64,000 bases of DNA from Psammoneis japonica (Eukaryota): positions 62,001 through 126,000 of the forward strand of contig QPGO01000017.1 of NCBI GenBank assembly GCA_008632985.1, given 5' to 3'. Each line of letters opens with the position of its first letter. Position 1 is the first letter of the stretch. The position numbers and the translations under genes were made by a program. Positions 11,492 through 24,223 of this stretch are shown here, piece after piece. The notes beneath the pieces were generated by a model that was not told the DNA's origin, did not search any database, and saw nothing but the letters and a program-made list of their open reading frames with translations.

Positions 11492-12802
11492 ATGAAATAC
11501 GTTCTTGCCGTTGCTGCCGCTATCGGCACGTCTGTTGCCTCGGCCTTTGTGCCCACGGCACCACGGGTGGCGTTTGCGCCTGCCAAGACTACTACTGCAG
11601 TGCGCATGGCCGAAGAAATTTTCGATCAAGAAGCTTTCATCCAAGAATCCAAGGATATGCGCCTGAAACATTTGGAGGAACAAGCAATGTTCGCCCTCAA
11701 GATTGCTTGCGAGAACTACGGTAATGCCGTCTTTCCCAACGCGATGATCGCTGGAGACTGTGTGATCACCCACCTTTTGCACCGAATGGGATACCTTAAG
11801 GACGGAAAGTGCAAGGTCATGGTTGTCGACACTTTTCACCTCTTCCCCGAGACGATGGAGTTTCTGAAGGAAATCGAAGATGCCTACGATTTCAAAGCTG
11901 AGGTATTTTGCGCTGAGGGCGTGCCGATTGGTGACAGGGACGCCTTTGATGCCAAATACGGAGCAAACCTTTGGAAGGAGGATATCGACGAGTACGACCG
12001 CGTCTGCAAGGTCGAGCCGTTCCAACGCGGGCTCAAGACGCTCGAAACCGACTGCATGATCAATGGACGAACCAGGTGGCAAGGCATTGAACGTGCATGG
12101 ATTGATATGTTTGAGAACGCGCCAATCGGGGGTGGGCTTGCTAAGTGCAATCCAATTGCATACTGGACGCTCGAAGATACTTTTGATTACATTGCCAAGT
12201 ACAATGTTCCTCACCACCCGCTTCACGCCAAGGGATACCCATCCATTGGAGACGCTAAGGACACGATTCCCATCCCTGAAGATGGCTCTGTTCGCTTTGT
12301 TGACTTCAAATTTGAAGGAGACAAGACAGCTTGGCTCGACTATGCTCAGGAACGAAAGGGGCGCTTTGTTGGCCTCGTCAATAAGGACGGATCAACCAAG
12401 TCTGAGTGCGGTATCCACGTTGCTGGTGCCGAAAAAACATGGGACCGGGATCTCTGGGAGGATGGCAGTGCTGTCAAGAAGGTTGAAACCAAAGAAGATG
12501 CTCTTGCCATTAAAACCTCTGGCAAGCCGTCCGTAATGGTTGTGTACGCTCCTTGGTGCCAATACTCGCAGGCCATGGAAGAAGAGTTTGAGAAGTTCGC
12601 CGCATCGACTGATCTCGATGTGTACAGCTTCCGTGGAGACGAAGTGCGCGACTTTGTCACCGCTGAGCTAAATACAAACTCCTTCCCGACTGTGAACGTC
12701 ATCAAGCCTGATGGATCTGCTGTCAAGTACGAATCGGAAGACCGCACGGTTGCTGACTTCAAAGCCTTTGCTGATGAAACTCTTGGTGCAGCTGTAGAGT
12801 AA
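11492..12802 (+). CDS. APR: Plastid-targeted APS reductase of the APR-B (Fe-S-less, PAPS-reductase-like) type with C-terminal thioredoxin-like domain, 436 aa
   Basis: Signal peptide plus ASA-FVP cleavage motif (MKYVLAVAAAIGTSVASAFVP). PAPS/APS reductase motifs VDTFHLFPET, KVEPFQRGL, NPIAYWT, HPLHAKGYPSIG, KSECGIH. YDRVCKVEP stands where Fe-S-binding enzymes have a CC pair. The Trx-like tail contains YAPWCQYS. Confidence 0.9.
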   Translation: MKYVLAVAAAIGTSVASAFVPTAPRVAFAPAKTTTAVRMAEEIFDQEAFIQESKDMRLKHLEEQAMFALKIACENYGNAVFPNAMIAGDCVITHLLHRMGYLKDGKCKVMVVDTFHLFPETMEFLKEIEDAYDFKAEVFCAEGVPIGDRDAFDAKYGANLWKEDIDEYDRVCKVEPFQRGLKTLETDCMINGRTRWQGIERAWIDMFENAPIGGGLAKCNPIAYWTLEDTFDYIAKYNVPHHPLHAKGYPSIGDAKDTIPIPEDGSVRFVDFKFEGDKTAWLDYAQERKGRFVGLVNKDGSTKSECGIHVAGAEKTWDRDLWEDGSAVKKVETKEDALAIKTSGKPSVMVVYAPWCQYSQAMEEEFEKFAASTDLDVYSFRGDEVRDFVTAELNTNSFPTVNVIKPDGSAVKYESEDRTVADFKAFADETLGAAVE

Positions 12803-12867
12803 ATTTCGTGGTTGTTATTCATATTTCAGTACTTGTGAAGCGAATGTGGTTTTAAAACTACTTTAAA

Positions 12868-14679
12868 CTACTTTACAATTTCTTTCAAATAGGTTCGCAT
12901 TGTTATTATCCCCATTTCGATTTCTTCTTGGACAGAGAAGCCGCATGTTTTGTACAATTCGTTTGCAGCGGTAAGCATTGCAGGAGTTGAAGCCACCAAT
13001 TTGTAGCTTGCATCTTTTTTTGCAACCACTGTCGCAAAACGAACAGCGGCTAGCAGAAGATTCTTTCCAATGCCCCGCCCACGGCGACTCGGGTCTACTG
13101 CAAGTCTGTGTAATTCAAAGGAATTCTTTCCAAAGCCTCTCACATCTGATTCTTTTGTTTTTTCGAACGGACGAACACCAACGCATCCCACCACAGAAGA
13201 TTGCTCCATTGCCACAATGAAAATTCCTCCCCAGCTACAGTACCTACATCCGATAGTCGATGAATCATCACCTACGACATCGACAAGAGCCGCTTCTCTT
13301 CGAACGCTAAGATCTGTCTTGAGAGCTGTTTTGACCATTTTCTTGACAGGAGGGTATGCTTCACCCAATTCTTCGTAGGTCTGTTGAAACAGAGCGCGAA
13401 CTTGGTCTTGGTGTGCAGCTTGAATAGGTCGCAAGGTTATGCCGCTCTCTGTCTCAAATGAAACCGCGTTTTGTTTCGCCAATGGTTGGGACCACGGACA
13501 CATTTTCAATTGAAATGTAAGTGTCGAACCGCTGGAAAAGGCATGGGCAACTACATAACTCTGGAGATGCAACGCTAATGCGGCGTGCTCATCAAACAGC
13601 TCCGGAGGCGACAACATTGTACAGGCATTGGCTGCGGCCGTTCCTGCCAAACAAGCATGGCAAGAACCGAACCCTTGAGCCCGCAGGCGTTTCTCCACGT
13701 GGGCGCAATTTGTACCCAATGTATGGTAAACATCTGTATCATCCTGTGCGCTTGGCTTGGCATTGCCGCGCTCCAACGTAGAAACGAACAGTGAGGTGTA
13801 CGTTTGATTGTAACCCTCCGCCACAGAAACACTTTGTGAATCGCGCGTTGCTTCTGATCCCAAGGGTTCGTACGCAACCAAGACACTGTTAGGCTCAATA
13901 CACAGTCTTGTGGAGCAATACTGAAGCAAGGCATCCGAATTGTCTTTTCCGAGATATGCCAAAACAAGTTCTGTCAGCACCAAGGTTGGTCGCGACTTGT
14001 GGATTTTGGAAGCCAAGCATTCCAAAGAAGGCAATTCTCGTAGATCAGCCGACAGCAAATGATAGTTTGGAATCGATAGAGAAGAAGAGTCGCGTGGCTT
14101 TTGCGAGTCACGGTCGACAATACCTTCTATGCGAATAGCATCTGGTTTGTCCGAGTCGGCTTGCACGATTCTCAGCAGTCCTGACGACGCAAGAGCATCT
14201 CGTTTGGCTAGACAAATCTCCAGACAATCCACTTCATAGACTGTTATGTTCTTACGCGCAAGTGAATGACACCACACGCCCAGAATGTCGAAACCACACC
14301 CCAACATGACAACTTGCGGTTCCTGGTGAAACGACAGAAATCGCTCGAGTGCGGCTGTGATGGATGCAATACGAGCGGCATACCCAGCATTAACTAGCGG
14401 TGTTTGTCGTTTCGAACTATTGGTCGTCAAGGAAGCGATTCGTTGTAGCGAGTTCTGATATTCTTGAAAACATGTTGCTACAGGTTTGTGTCCTGCACTA
14501 ATGGCGGAGCACTACGGTATGTCGATTGCGTGACGTTGCACAATAAAATCACATGGGAGACAAAAATAACTTGAAAATTCTTGCTCATTTCGTAGCAATT
14601 AACAATCGTCCTGATGACTCACCTTCGCCAATACTGCATCTGATGCTGTCCTTGTCACCGACGACTGGACACTGCTCAT
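12868..14679 (-). CDS. Leucine carboxyl methyltransferase (LCMT/PPM family) fused to a C-terminal GNAT acetyltransferase; join(14679..14623,14511..12868), 566 aa
   Basis: The spliced N-terminus VTRTASDAVLAK|CSAISAGH matches the LCMT start. Other LCMT motifs: TPLVNAGYAAR, QVVMLGCGFD, YHLLSADLR, PTLVLTELVLAYL, ELFDE. GNAT motifs: VVGCVGV, ELHRLAVDPSRRGRGIGKNLL, ANELYKTCGF. Intron 14512-14622 (GTGAGT..GTAG) is in frame. Confidence 0.85.
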
Positions 14680-16543
14680 GACGGAGAAGGAAGCTCAAAG
14701 TACAGTACTTCTACTTTCATACCATAGAACATTAACATTACATCACAACATTTTCCCAAAATCGCACTCTAAGCTCACACGACCGACTAGTCATGCCACA
14801 ACATGCCAGCCTAGTAGCACATGTGTCAGCGAGACAGGAACAAAGCGAATATAGAATAACGACCTTTCTCGTCGCGGTAGATAGAGTGTCTGTGTTGCGT
14901 GTGGTGTTGTTGTGTTGTGTTGAGTGTGTTGAGCCTCTTTTTCTGTGTTTCAATGTGATCGTACTCAAGTGCCCTAAATGTTGATGACGCGTAAAACGTC
15001 ATGACTCGCCATAGATATGACGGGTACGCGTCATACAGTACTGTACTGTGCGTCGATCGCCAAAATTGTACACGGTACATGATGTGTTCATGCACACCGA
15101 TTTAGACCTCTCGTGCTTTTCCCCCGCCGAGCTTGAATCGGACTGACGGCATAAATCTTACAGTTAACACTTAGGTTGTTCCTCCCCGAAAGCAAAAAAG
15201 CGCCAAGTTCAACCGTTCTTATCGAAGCTGACATGCAAACATTGGGTGTTTGTGGCGGGAAAACTTGCACAGCTTCTACGCGTGTGCACTGTGGGCGATG
15301 CACTGAGCAGGTTTCTGTGTCTTTTCCACGTGTGAAATCGCTGTAATTGCCCGGATTTGCTTCCCTCACCCAGAAATGTTTCTAGACAAAACCCAACATC
15401 TGTTTTTAAGGTGCTGTTGTGCTTCCGCCCAGCAACTCCGGCAACAAGCTGACCCACACTCCTGGCGCACACATGCGCAGTGCAGCACGGTTGGAAGTTT
15501 TCGCACCTTGTTGTCGTGTTGTTGTTGCGTGCTTTCCAAGTGGCAGTCAATGAAACAATTGTTGGAGGACAAGCTGAGCCAATCAAACCCCAGAAAAACA
15601 GCACAAAGCACACGTCAAGTGCAGCAGAAGACGAGGACGTGCTGACATTTGTTGACAGAGGCTCTTGAAGAGACAAGTTTTAGCGACGAAGCAGTGCCAA
15701 AAAAGACATCACGTGCATCGCCCACGATGCACATCAGCGATTTTGGCAATTTTCTGAATTTTGCATGTGCATTGTGCATGATGCACACCGGGAGCGGGGT
15801 TGAGGATGAATGCTGCATTCCACCCAAAATTTGTGTTGCATCAAGGGACAAATGACGTGTGTTTCTATGTGGATTGTGCACAAGCGCACTGGGTGTTGAT
15901 GATGCGCACAACCTCATGACTTGCCACAGATGTGACAAGGTGCATGTCACAGTGCACATTGCCAAAATTGCATGCAGAGGTAAAGCGCTAAAGACAAAAA
16001 TTCCATCCCAAAATTTGATTTTGTTTTGTGAGGAATGAGTGTCAAAATTGACACTTCTCCGACCCGCATTCTCAAAATCTGGATTGTTTTTGCTGCATGA
16101 AGACAAACATTTTTTTTCAATCAAAGAAGAAGAGCCAATTCATGCAGTGCATGCATGCAGCCACGAGGACATGTGGGAATGGCAGCGCTCCTCATCTTGG
16201 CTGAGGTTGTGCCGCCTGAGACAGAAAGATGTTTGTTGGTGGCAGTTGATTTGATGGTTCTGAAGGGACAAGCCTGTGCCATCTTCCTGCATGGGATGGC
16301 GTCGGCTCATCTGGCTGACATTCTTTCTAAAATTTGTTTTTGTTTTGCATCACAAGGTGTCACACAAAGATTCGTGTGCTGTTGTTCATGGCCACAGCCC
16401 GCAGCACTGATTCTGCGATGAGTGGACTGAGCGGAGCAAAGATTTTCAGTGGCAACTGTTTTGTCAACATGTCGAGCATCACAGAGAAAGAAGCATCAAA
16501 GTGTCTCAAACACATGCGGGGGAAGAAGGTTTGGGAGGTCAAG

Positions 16544-16660
16544 CTGCATCTCACACCACCAACGTGTCCAAAGACATCACAAGATTGCCTCTAAATCACA
16601 AACCAGAAAGAGTTGGATTTCAAGTTGTGGTGTCTTTGGACATGATGGTGTGAGATGCAG
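16544..16660. repeat. Imperfect inverted repeat (36-39 bp arms, ~42 nt loop)
   Basis: CTGCATCTCACACCACCAACGTGTCCAAAGACATCACAA (16544-16582) pairs with TTGTGGTGTCTTTGGACATGATGGTGTGAGATGCAG (16625-16660). Confidence 0.8.
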
Positions 16661-17537
16661 TTTGGCTGCTGCAGTCAACGTCTGCATGTTTTGTTGGTCT
16701 CACAAAGAGACATCATCATCACCCAGCTCCTCCAAGTCATGCTTGGTGTCAAGTCCCAGGAAAATCAGTTCAAGAATTTCTGTGGGATTCACCCACTCTA
16801 CAGTGTTTGGGAGTGCAGAGGTCTGCACATGTGAAGACAATTTTTTGTCACATAGAAATCCATGCAATGAGTGCATGGCATGTTTCCATGTCCGACCTCC
16901 AACTCCCTGCCAGATTTCAAGATGCTTTTGGTTGATTCAAGCCGGCTTAAAATGCTTTTTGCAAAAAGATCAAAAAAACAACAAAATTCGTGCACCGCTG
17001 CGCAACTTGGCACCTGGCGTTGACGTCATGGCGATGCAACCAACAGCCAAAACTTGCACATGCAGACCTTGGCACTAAATTTTGTGCATGTAAAATGCAT
17101 CAGCTTCTGACCATTTTCTTTCTTCTGAATGCTGGGGAGTGGGGGCTCACTGCACCCAAACAAAAATCTTGCCACGGGTTTGGGTCGCGCACGAGTGTGG
17201 TGATTTTGCACATTTTCTGCACAATGACCTCTGGCGCCCAATTTGCACTGCTTGCTCTGTGTCAATCCTCTGTGCAGCATGCAAGTCTTTGCATGACACC
17301 TCAAGCAACTTCAAACTGGCATGGCAGGCACACTCCGGATGAGTGCACAGACCATCACTGCAGCGACAAGCCAACCATCTGTCGCAGAACATGACTCAAG
17401 CGGGACTCAAGTGATTGGGTCCCAGTCACGAGTGAAGGGTCGTGCCACCGATGACCACAGAAATCGGAGCCGACCACGAATGCCGCAATCGATCTTGAGG
17501 AACAAGATGTCAATGAATTGAATGGCTGAGGAGTGGC

Positions 17538-17579
17538 GATTTGACAAGATTGATTTGGCAAGATTGATTTGACAAGATT
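17538..17579. repeat. 14-bp tandem repeat, 3 copies
   Basis: GATTTGACAAGATT GATTTGGCAAGATT GATTTGACAAGATT. Confidence 0.85.
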
Positions 17580-19735
17580 GAAGTCCAGAAGAAGCAGAAA
17601 AGTGGATCATAATTTGGCGAGAGTGAGAAAAGTGAAGACTGTCAATTTTGGTTTTGTGTGCTGCTGATGAGGTGTCAGCGGCATCGGCATCTGGTTGTCC
17701 AACAACCATTGCTGAAACTGACACGGAGAACTTGCAAAAAAACTGCCGGAGCCAATGATGGCATTGACACGGCAGACAAGGTGTCTGGACATTGGTCATT
17801 TTTTGGACCATTGCAACAGAAGCTTCATCAGACCCTCATCAACACACAGTTGTGACCATCCATTCGGAGACGCACATTGTGATGCCACGCTGCATGCAGA
17901 CAATGCATCAACTGACCATTTTCCGGATTTTCAGCACCCACTGAGTTAAAGTCCAAGTTTGTAAAAAGGCAAGTAAATTGAAAATCAAAATGGTGCTGTC
18001 AATGTGTCGAAGGCTCTCACCAATTGTTGTCTCACTCAACTTTCTCTTGCCGTTGCAGCCACATCAGAGGCAGCAACACAGTGGTTTTCAATTTTCTGCG
18101 TGCAAATGTTGCCAATTGCAGCCAATTTTGTTGTGCCTTTAATTGTCATTTTCGCACATAAATTGAAACAACACACTCAACTTGTTAAATCCGTTTTATG
18201 CCGACATTTGTTGTCCATTTGTGTTTGATCATTCTTGACAATTTAATTTGATTTTCGCTTTCATTGGATTTTGTAAATTTCCATTTGATCTTAATGTTGC
18301 ATTTGCACTGAACCAACATCTTTGATTTTGGTTTTTAACATCTCCACATCATGCACACCCCACCGTGTTGACTGGCACATCCTCTGCTGTTCGGTGTGCT
18401 CCAGTCTCCCCCATGCACATTTCCAGTGTCATTTTTCCAGCACCTCCCGGAATTTCTGTGCATGTGTCTCTGCCCTGCTTCGGGCACTCATTCTACATGC
18501 GCAATCATCTGCGCAATTCATGACAGCACATCCTCTCCCCAAACTGCTTTCCACCTGAGCATGTGCTGTTGTCATCCACGCACCTTCTACACGAATCACA
18601 ACTGACCTCTTGCCATGGCGGTCAATGACTTTACCCCGTCTCACGACAAGGTCGACCCGATCCTTCCTTCCAATTTCCTGATGAATGTGATTTTGATGAC
18701 ATGGAATGTTTTGCCAATGGTTTTGGAATGGAGTTGTTTGGTCCCAAGCTCAAAAGCACAGCTTCAATGCGTGCATCCAAAAAGCAGTTTTTGGAATCAA
18801 CGAAATGGACTCCCTCTCCACAATTTCTCGCTCTTCCCTTCCTTTGCCACAAGCCAAAGTCACGTCGAATTCCACATGTCGCGGAAGTTGTCCGCGCCAA
18901 CAATGTCATCAGGAAAACTCTTGGATGCCCTGACGTTTGGTCTTGCATCAAGACTCGTGGTTGGTCCCTGAAGAAATCCCGCTCGCTGAAAGGTCAACAC
19001 TGCCTTCATTGTCGAAATTTGGACAAAGCTCTCTGTTTCTCCAAAACACCCAGAGAGACAGTTAAACAAGAAGAGCACCGTGTGAATCTTCACTGCAACA
19101 TCAAAGCCATGGTGGAATTTGTCCACACGATTGTTGCCAGTGACGACCCAAATGATCCCGTTTCCGGCAAGCCTTGTTTCTGGTTTCTAAAGGAAGACAA
19201 TCTCAAAAAAACTGATCAACGACCGTGCACAAGACCTTCACGGTGCATTTTTTGTCACCGAAATCGCAACGCGTCACGTTCAGCACAAACAAAATGACTT
19301 CGACTGCTGGTTCATGCAGATTTTTTGCCATGTCCAATCGCAAAAGGAGTGGCGCCTGTTCGTCAACAGCTTTCTTGTGCCATGCGATTCTAATGACCCG
19401 GGCTCTCAGGTGGGTGACATTGAGGAATGCCTCACTCCAGACCAAATCGGCAACACAAAGAACAAAGTGACAATGGCTGGTGATTCCCTTGCCCATCGGG
19501 AGGTGCACGAAGAAAAAACAAATTCCATGTTGAACCAAGAATTTGGGAAGCGCTGTCCCAAGGAACAACCCGGCACATGACCCAAGTGCAGCAAGTTGCT
19601 CACAATCCTTCGATGCAGAATGCGTGATCAGAGGGCTGACTGCATGGATGATGACAACAAACGAGAGCATCAATCCAAAACCAAACGCAAAATTGGGAGG
19701 ACCCGCAAAGACGGCACCTGTTTGTACGATGGTGC

Positions 19736-22700
19736 ATGCCCCCCCCCCCTCCTTGTTGCCGCATGTTTCTTGTGCATCCGTCTTCTCACATGTCCACATT
19801 TTATCCTGTTGTTCACATTCGCCGCGTAAGAGCCTTCCTTGACCGTCCCCAACAAGAAGCCAAAGACTGCATCACGCTCTGCCAAGGCACATCCTCCTGC
19901 GTCTGCCGACCTGCCGTCGTCACAGGAGGCAAACCGCACTCTCACCGCCGACCTTCCCACTCTGTCGGAAACCATGGATTCCCACAAACCTTCCTCTTCA
20001 CTGGAAGGTCCTCCCGCCCAGCTGCCAGCACCACGAAAGGCCCGGTTGCGTCGTCTCCCCCACTGGACCCCAATGACATGTCGTGGTTGGACAAGTCTAC
20101 ACTCCGACAGCGCTTTGACCCGCCCAAGTGTCGATCTGTTACCTCAGACGAAGTTGCTGCTCATGTGTCACGCCTTCACATCATTGACAAGGCAACTGAC
20201 ATGGAGCATGTGCTTCACCATTCCGCTGCCAACTTTTACCTTGCCGACAACCTCAGGGAAAACTGGCACATCTTCTCAAACAAAACCCCCATCAGCGACC
20301 CAACTGCCGCATCTCGTGTGAGAGCCGAGTGTCCTCCTGACCTCGATCACTGCTCAGACGAACTCTCTGTTGCCCGTCATGCAAACTCTCTTTACAAAGG
20401 GCACTTTGGTTGCCTTCGTGTGTGCATTCCTGCCCTTTTGCTTTTCATTTTGTTGAAGGGAGAGTCAGATCTCAAACGTGATGGATCGCTGGCAGTTGAC
20501 AAGGAAGACAGACAAAGGATCAAGATTGGCTGTGCTGGTCGGTCACATCATCCGAAGGAGCCTGGCTCTACAAAATCAGCCAAACCCAAGGCCACACACG
20601 GTCTTCATGTTTTTGATCCTGATGAAAACTTCGACGCGAAAGAGTCTTCCAAAATCAAGGCCATGGTCGCTGACATTCTTGACTCGATTCAGCTTTGCGA
20701 AAACGGCGTCGAGCTTTGGAAGCTTTGCAACCCCCCACCGTTCAACTGGTCGCTTTGGTGCGAAGAGCACTCCAAAACATTTTGTGATGAAATGGGTTGT
20801 CTACATTTCCGTCGTGAGGACGTCACCCTGCAGGGATTGTGCATGTCCCGTGGTCAATTTTGTGAAGGACACCGTGACGTAAAAAACTGCACCTGGCTTC
20901 GACATCGGAAAACAGCCGCTGGTTGTTTCTTTGTCATGGATGCCTTTGGCGATGCATGGTCCTTCAAGGCAGTCACCAACAGCAGAAGCCCCATTGGTCA
21001 ATGCTGCGACGACAAGTGCGACATGAACCCGATGTTGACTCGGATGCACCACAACCGAGCTCAGCTGGACTTTGCACTTAAAGACATGGATCTCCAACAT
21101 GATGGTCCCACCCATCCTGACTCTGTCCCAACCGCACGTGCATTCAAAAAACTCTCGCTGGATGACAGCCGGCCATGGAGCAATGTTGTCATCAGCGGAG
21201 GCGGTGTCATGGGAATTCCCCATGTGCACATGGATCGGCTTGAGTTCCCAACATTCCCTGTGAGGGACTTTCACCTGTCTGCCCCAAGCACAGTTCTGTT
21301 CCATTTCAAGAACATCATGTGCAGATCGGGGCCAGATCCGAAGCGAGTGATGCGGTTGGCCATTCATGCTGGTCATCTGACAGGGCATCACCAATTCTAC
21401 CATGTCGGTGACAAGTGCCTGCCTGAGCCATGTTGCCGAGGCATCGACCCATTTCTACAATTTGCCGATTGCTTGATGAGTGAGTTTGGCGTTTTGTTTG
21501 GTGATCCACAGGCAGGCAGGATTGGGCCAACCAATTTGACCTGCGACAAGTTTGCTGAGGTTTTCATTGACGACAGGCACATTGGCACCGCCAATGACCT
21601 GGTCAACCTGATGGTCAATGAAATCTGTGCAGTGCTGCTTTGGCTCAACGACAATGTCACCACCAATGAGTTCTGTTCCAATTAAATGGAACAACGCTGC
21701 AAGGCTGCCTGCGATGTTTGGGCACACAGGGGAGCAGATTTTAGCGAGATTTGTCTCATGTCAGTGCTGCATCGTCTCGCTCTGTCCGGTGTTGTGGTGA
21801 AGGACCACCCGCGTCTGAACGACATGGTGCATCCTGTGTTCAATTCTGGAGCGGCCGCTCAACTGGCCCACATTAACCCAGACGAACGACCGCTCATTCA
21901 CCAACGTATGTCATCAGAGACCGGGACCGAGGAGCACGGTTGGAACGGTGCAGAGCACAAACTCTGTGAGAACTCAGACAATCGCTGCACGTGCACATTC
22001 GATTGTGTGTTCCATGGTCCATGTTCCGGACAAGATCTCTTCACATTTTCTCCAACAGGCAAGCGATTGCGCAAACCCTGTGGATCAGTGGATTGTCAAA
22101 TTGTGGAGTGCGTTGACTCAGACCCTCACCTTTATGACCAAAAAGATGCGACGGTTCACGGTGGAATTGCGGCTGACCTTGGCGATGAATCCTTGTTGGG
22201 TGATGGAGTGGCTGCTGACAATGAATTAAACTCATTGTCCGGATCATCCGACCAGGATGAATCCTTGACGGAAGAATCCTCCGATGACGAAGACAGCGCG
22301 GGATTAATTTCTTGCGCATCGGACAACAACGAATCATTGGCACTGGACGGAGTTGTGGCAGACAACGAGCTTGGCTCCTTGCATGATGAGTCCTCCGACG
22401 ACGAAGAATGTGCGGGATCATTTTCTGGCGCATCGGACAAGAACGAATCATTGACTCTGGATGGAGTTGTGGCAGACAACGAACTCAGCTCCTCTGACGA
22501 CAAAGACAGTGTTTTGGAATGCGGCCCACCTGTCATTGCTCTCGAGGATGAGGAGAGTTTGGTCGACACCACCGACGACCGTGCAAATCCACCAGACCTT
22601 TCACAAAATCCCACTGTGGACGTGGACGAATGCATGGCGGCAACTTTGGCGCAAGTCTCACACCTTCTCCTGTGAGACTTGAGTGTGAATTGCTGTTGTG

Positions 22701-23873
22701 GCTCATGTGTGACTCTTTCTTCCCTGCTTTTTAACAATGCACAGTCGCGACGGCAGCGCCAAAATCCTGTGGCTGTGCATGACCAGGCCTGCAAATGCCG
22801 GACAGCTGTCCTTCGACGAGCTTTGTTCTGACCATGGGGTGCAGGCCGTGGCTAACACTCAGCATCGAAGAGACGAGGCCAGGTGTCAAGTTGCAGAAAA
22901 CCTGTGCACGAACACCAGCGTTGAGGCATGCACCGTCTCTCTGCAGGACGGAAGTGCCACGCACCACCTCAATTGCAACATTTCTGCAAAGGATTTTGTG
23001 TCTCGTGTGAAGTCACAATCCGGCGGTGAAATTGATTTTAAGAACAGTGGATTCATCCAGATTTGCATGGACTGTCACTGGATGCAACGCGGCGAGTGGA
23101 ACATGACGTCTTTTGGCAATCGCTTCTTCTGCGAAAACCCAAAAGAGATGATGCTGTCCTTGTTGCATCCCAAGTTTGAAAGGTGTCGCATCACAGTCCC
23201 GCGCAACCTGTGGTCCCTCTCCCAAGTCGTGCGCAACTTGGAGCACATAGAAGAATGCGTGCTGATGCAATTGATGACTCACGAAACGGCGTTGGACGAA
23301 ATTACGACACACCAAACGTTGCTCGAAATCGCAGAACAGGACAGGGGGGATTGGCCAGGAAAACCATCCGACCAGGAAGCCATGCATTCAGGAGTCACGG
23401 AACAGGAAATTCGGGAAACACTTCCAGAAACAGAAAGGGACAAGGTCTTAGACTTCACAAGAGAAGTCAAGAGTTGCGATCCGAAAAAATCCATGGAAGT
23501 TTTTTTTCTTTCTAAAGAAGCGTGCCAAATTGGCAGACCTGCCTCGACCCGTGGCCCCAGTGGTTTCTGGACCCGCACATCGATGAATGAAGCTGACTCC
23601 TTCAATTCTTGTGGCCTTGTCAACTGCACAAATTGGGTGAGTGCTGATGGTTTTGTTGTCTGTTTCCGAAATTGCACATGTTCCAACAATGGCATGCTCC
23701 AACACTGTTTTGAAATGCAAAGCAATGTTTGCAGTTGCCAATTGTTGATTGTGTCCATCAACCGCTGTTGTGAAATGCGATGGAAGAATTGGGTTGGAGA
23801 TCGTTTTTGGCACCGTGTTTCTGTTGGAGTGTGCATGGAGCATGGGTGCAAACTTCTGACCTGTGGTGATTGA
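19736..23873 (+). pseudogene. Large TE-borne gene relic (>1,300 codons) of unknown family; true start probably further upstream (frameshifted pieces from ~18.6 kb)
   Basis: ORFs 19736-21685 and 21686-22675 are contiguous in one frame across a single TAA. A GT-AG intron at 22672-22744 joins them in frame to ORF 22737-23873. Contains an HRDVKN motif at 20870 and three acidic DGV(A/V)ADNEL repeats at ~22200-22500. Confidence 0.6.
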
Positions 23874-24223
23874 TGTTCATGCATGATTCTGTGTGATTGA
23901 AAGTTTCAAATGCAATGATCCAGTCACATGTCAAAATCATCATCAACATTTAATTGTGCAATTCAAATTGAATGGTCGGTCACTTGAACTGAAACAAACA
24001 CAACCAAGCATGTGGTTTTCAAAGTCAAATGACAAAAATCACCAACCATGATGATTTGGGAAAGATTTGACAGTTGACAATGCACAAGGATGGGGAAGCA
24101 GTGTCACCATAAAGTGTTGGGAACAGGTTTGAAATTTTGCAAAGACAATTTTCCTCAGAAGAGCTTTTGCACTGCACGATTGCAGACAGGAGGAACTGAC
24201 AGTGACACAATGAGTCGAGGGCG

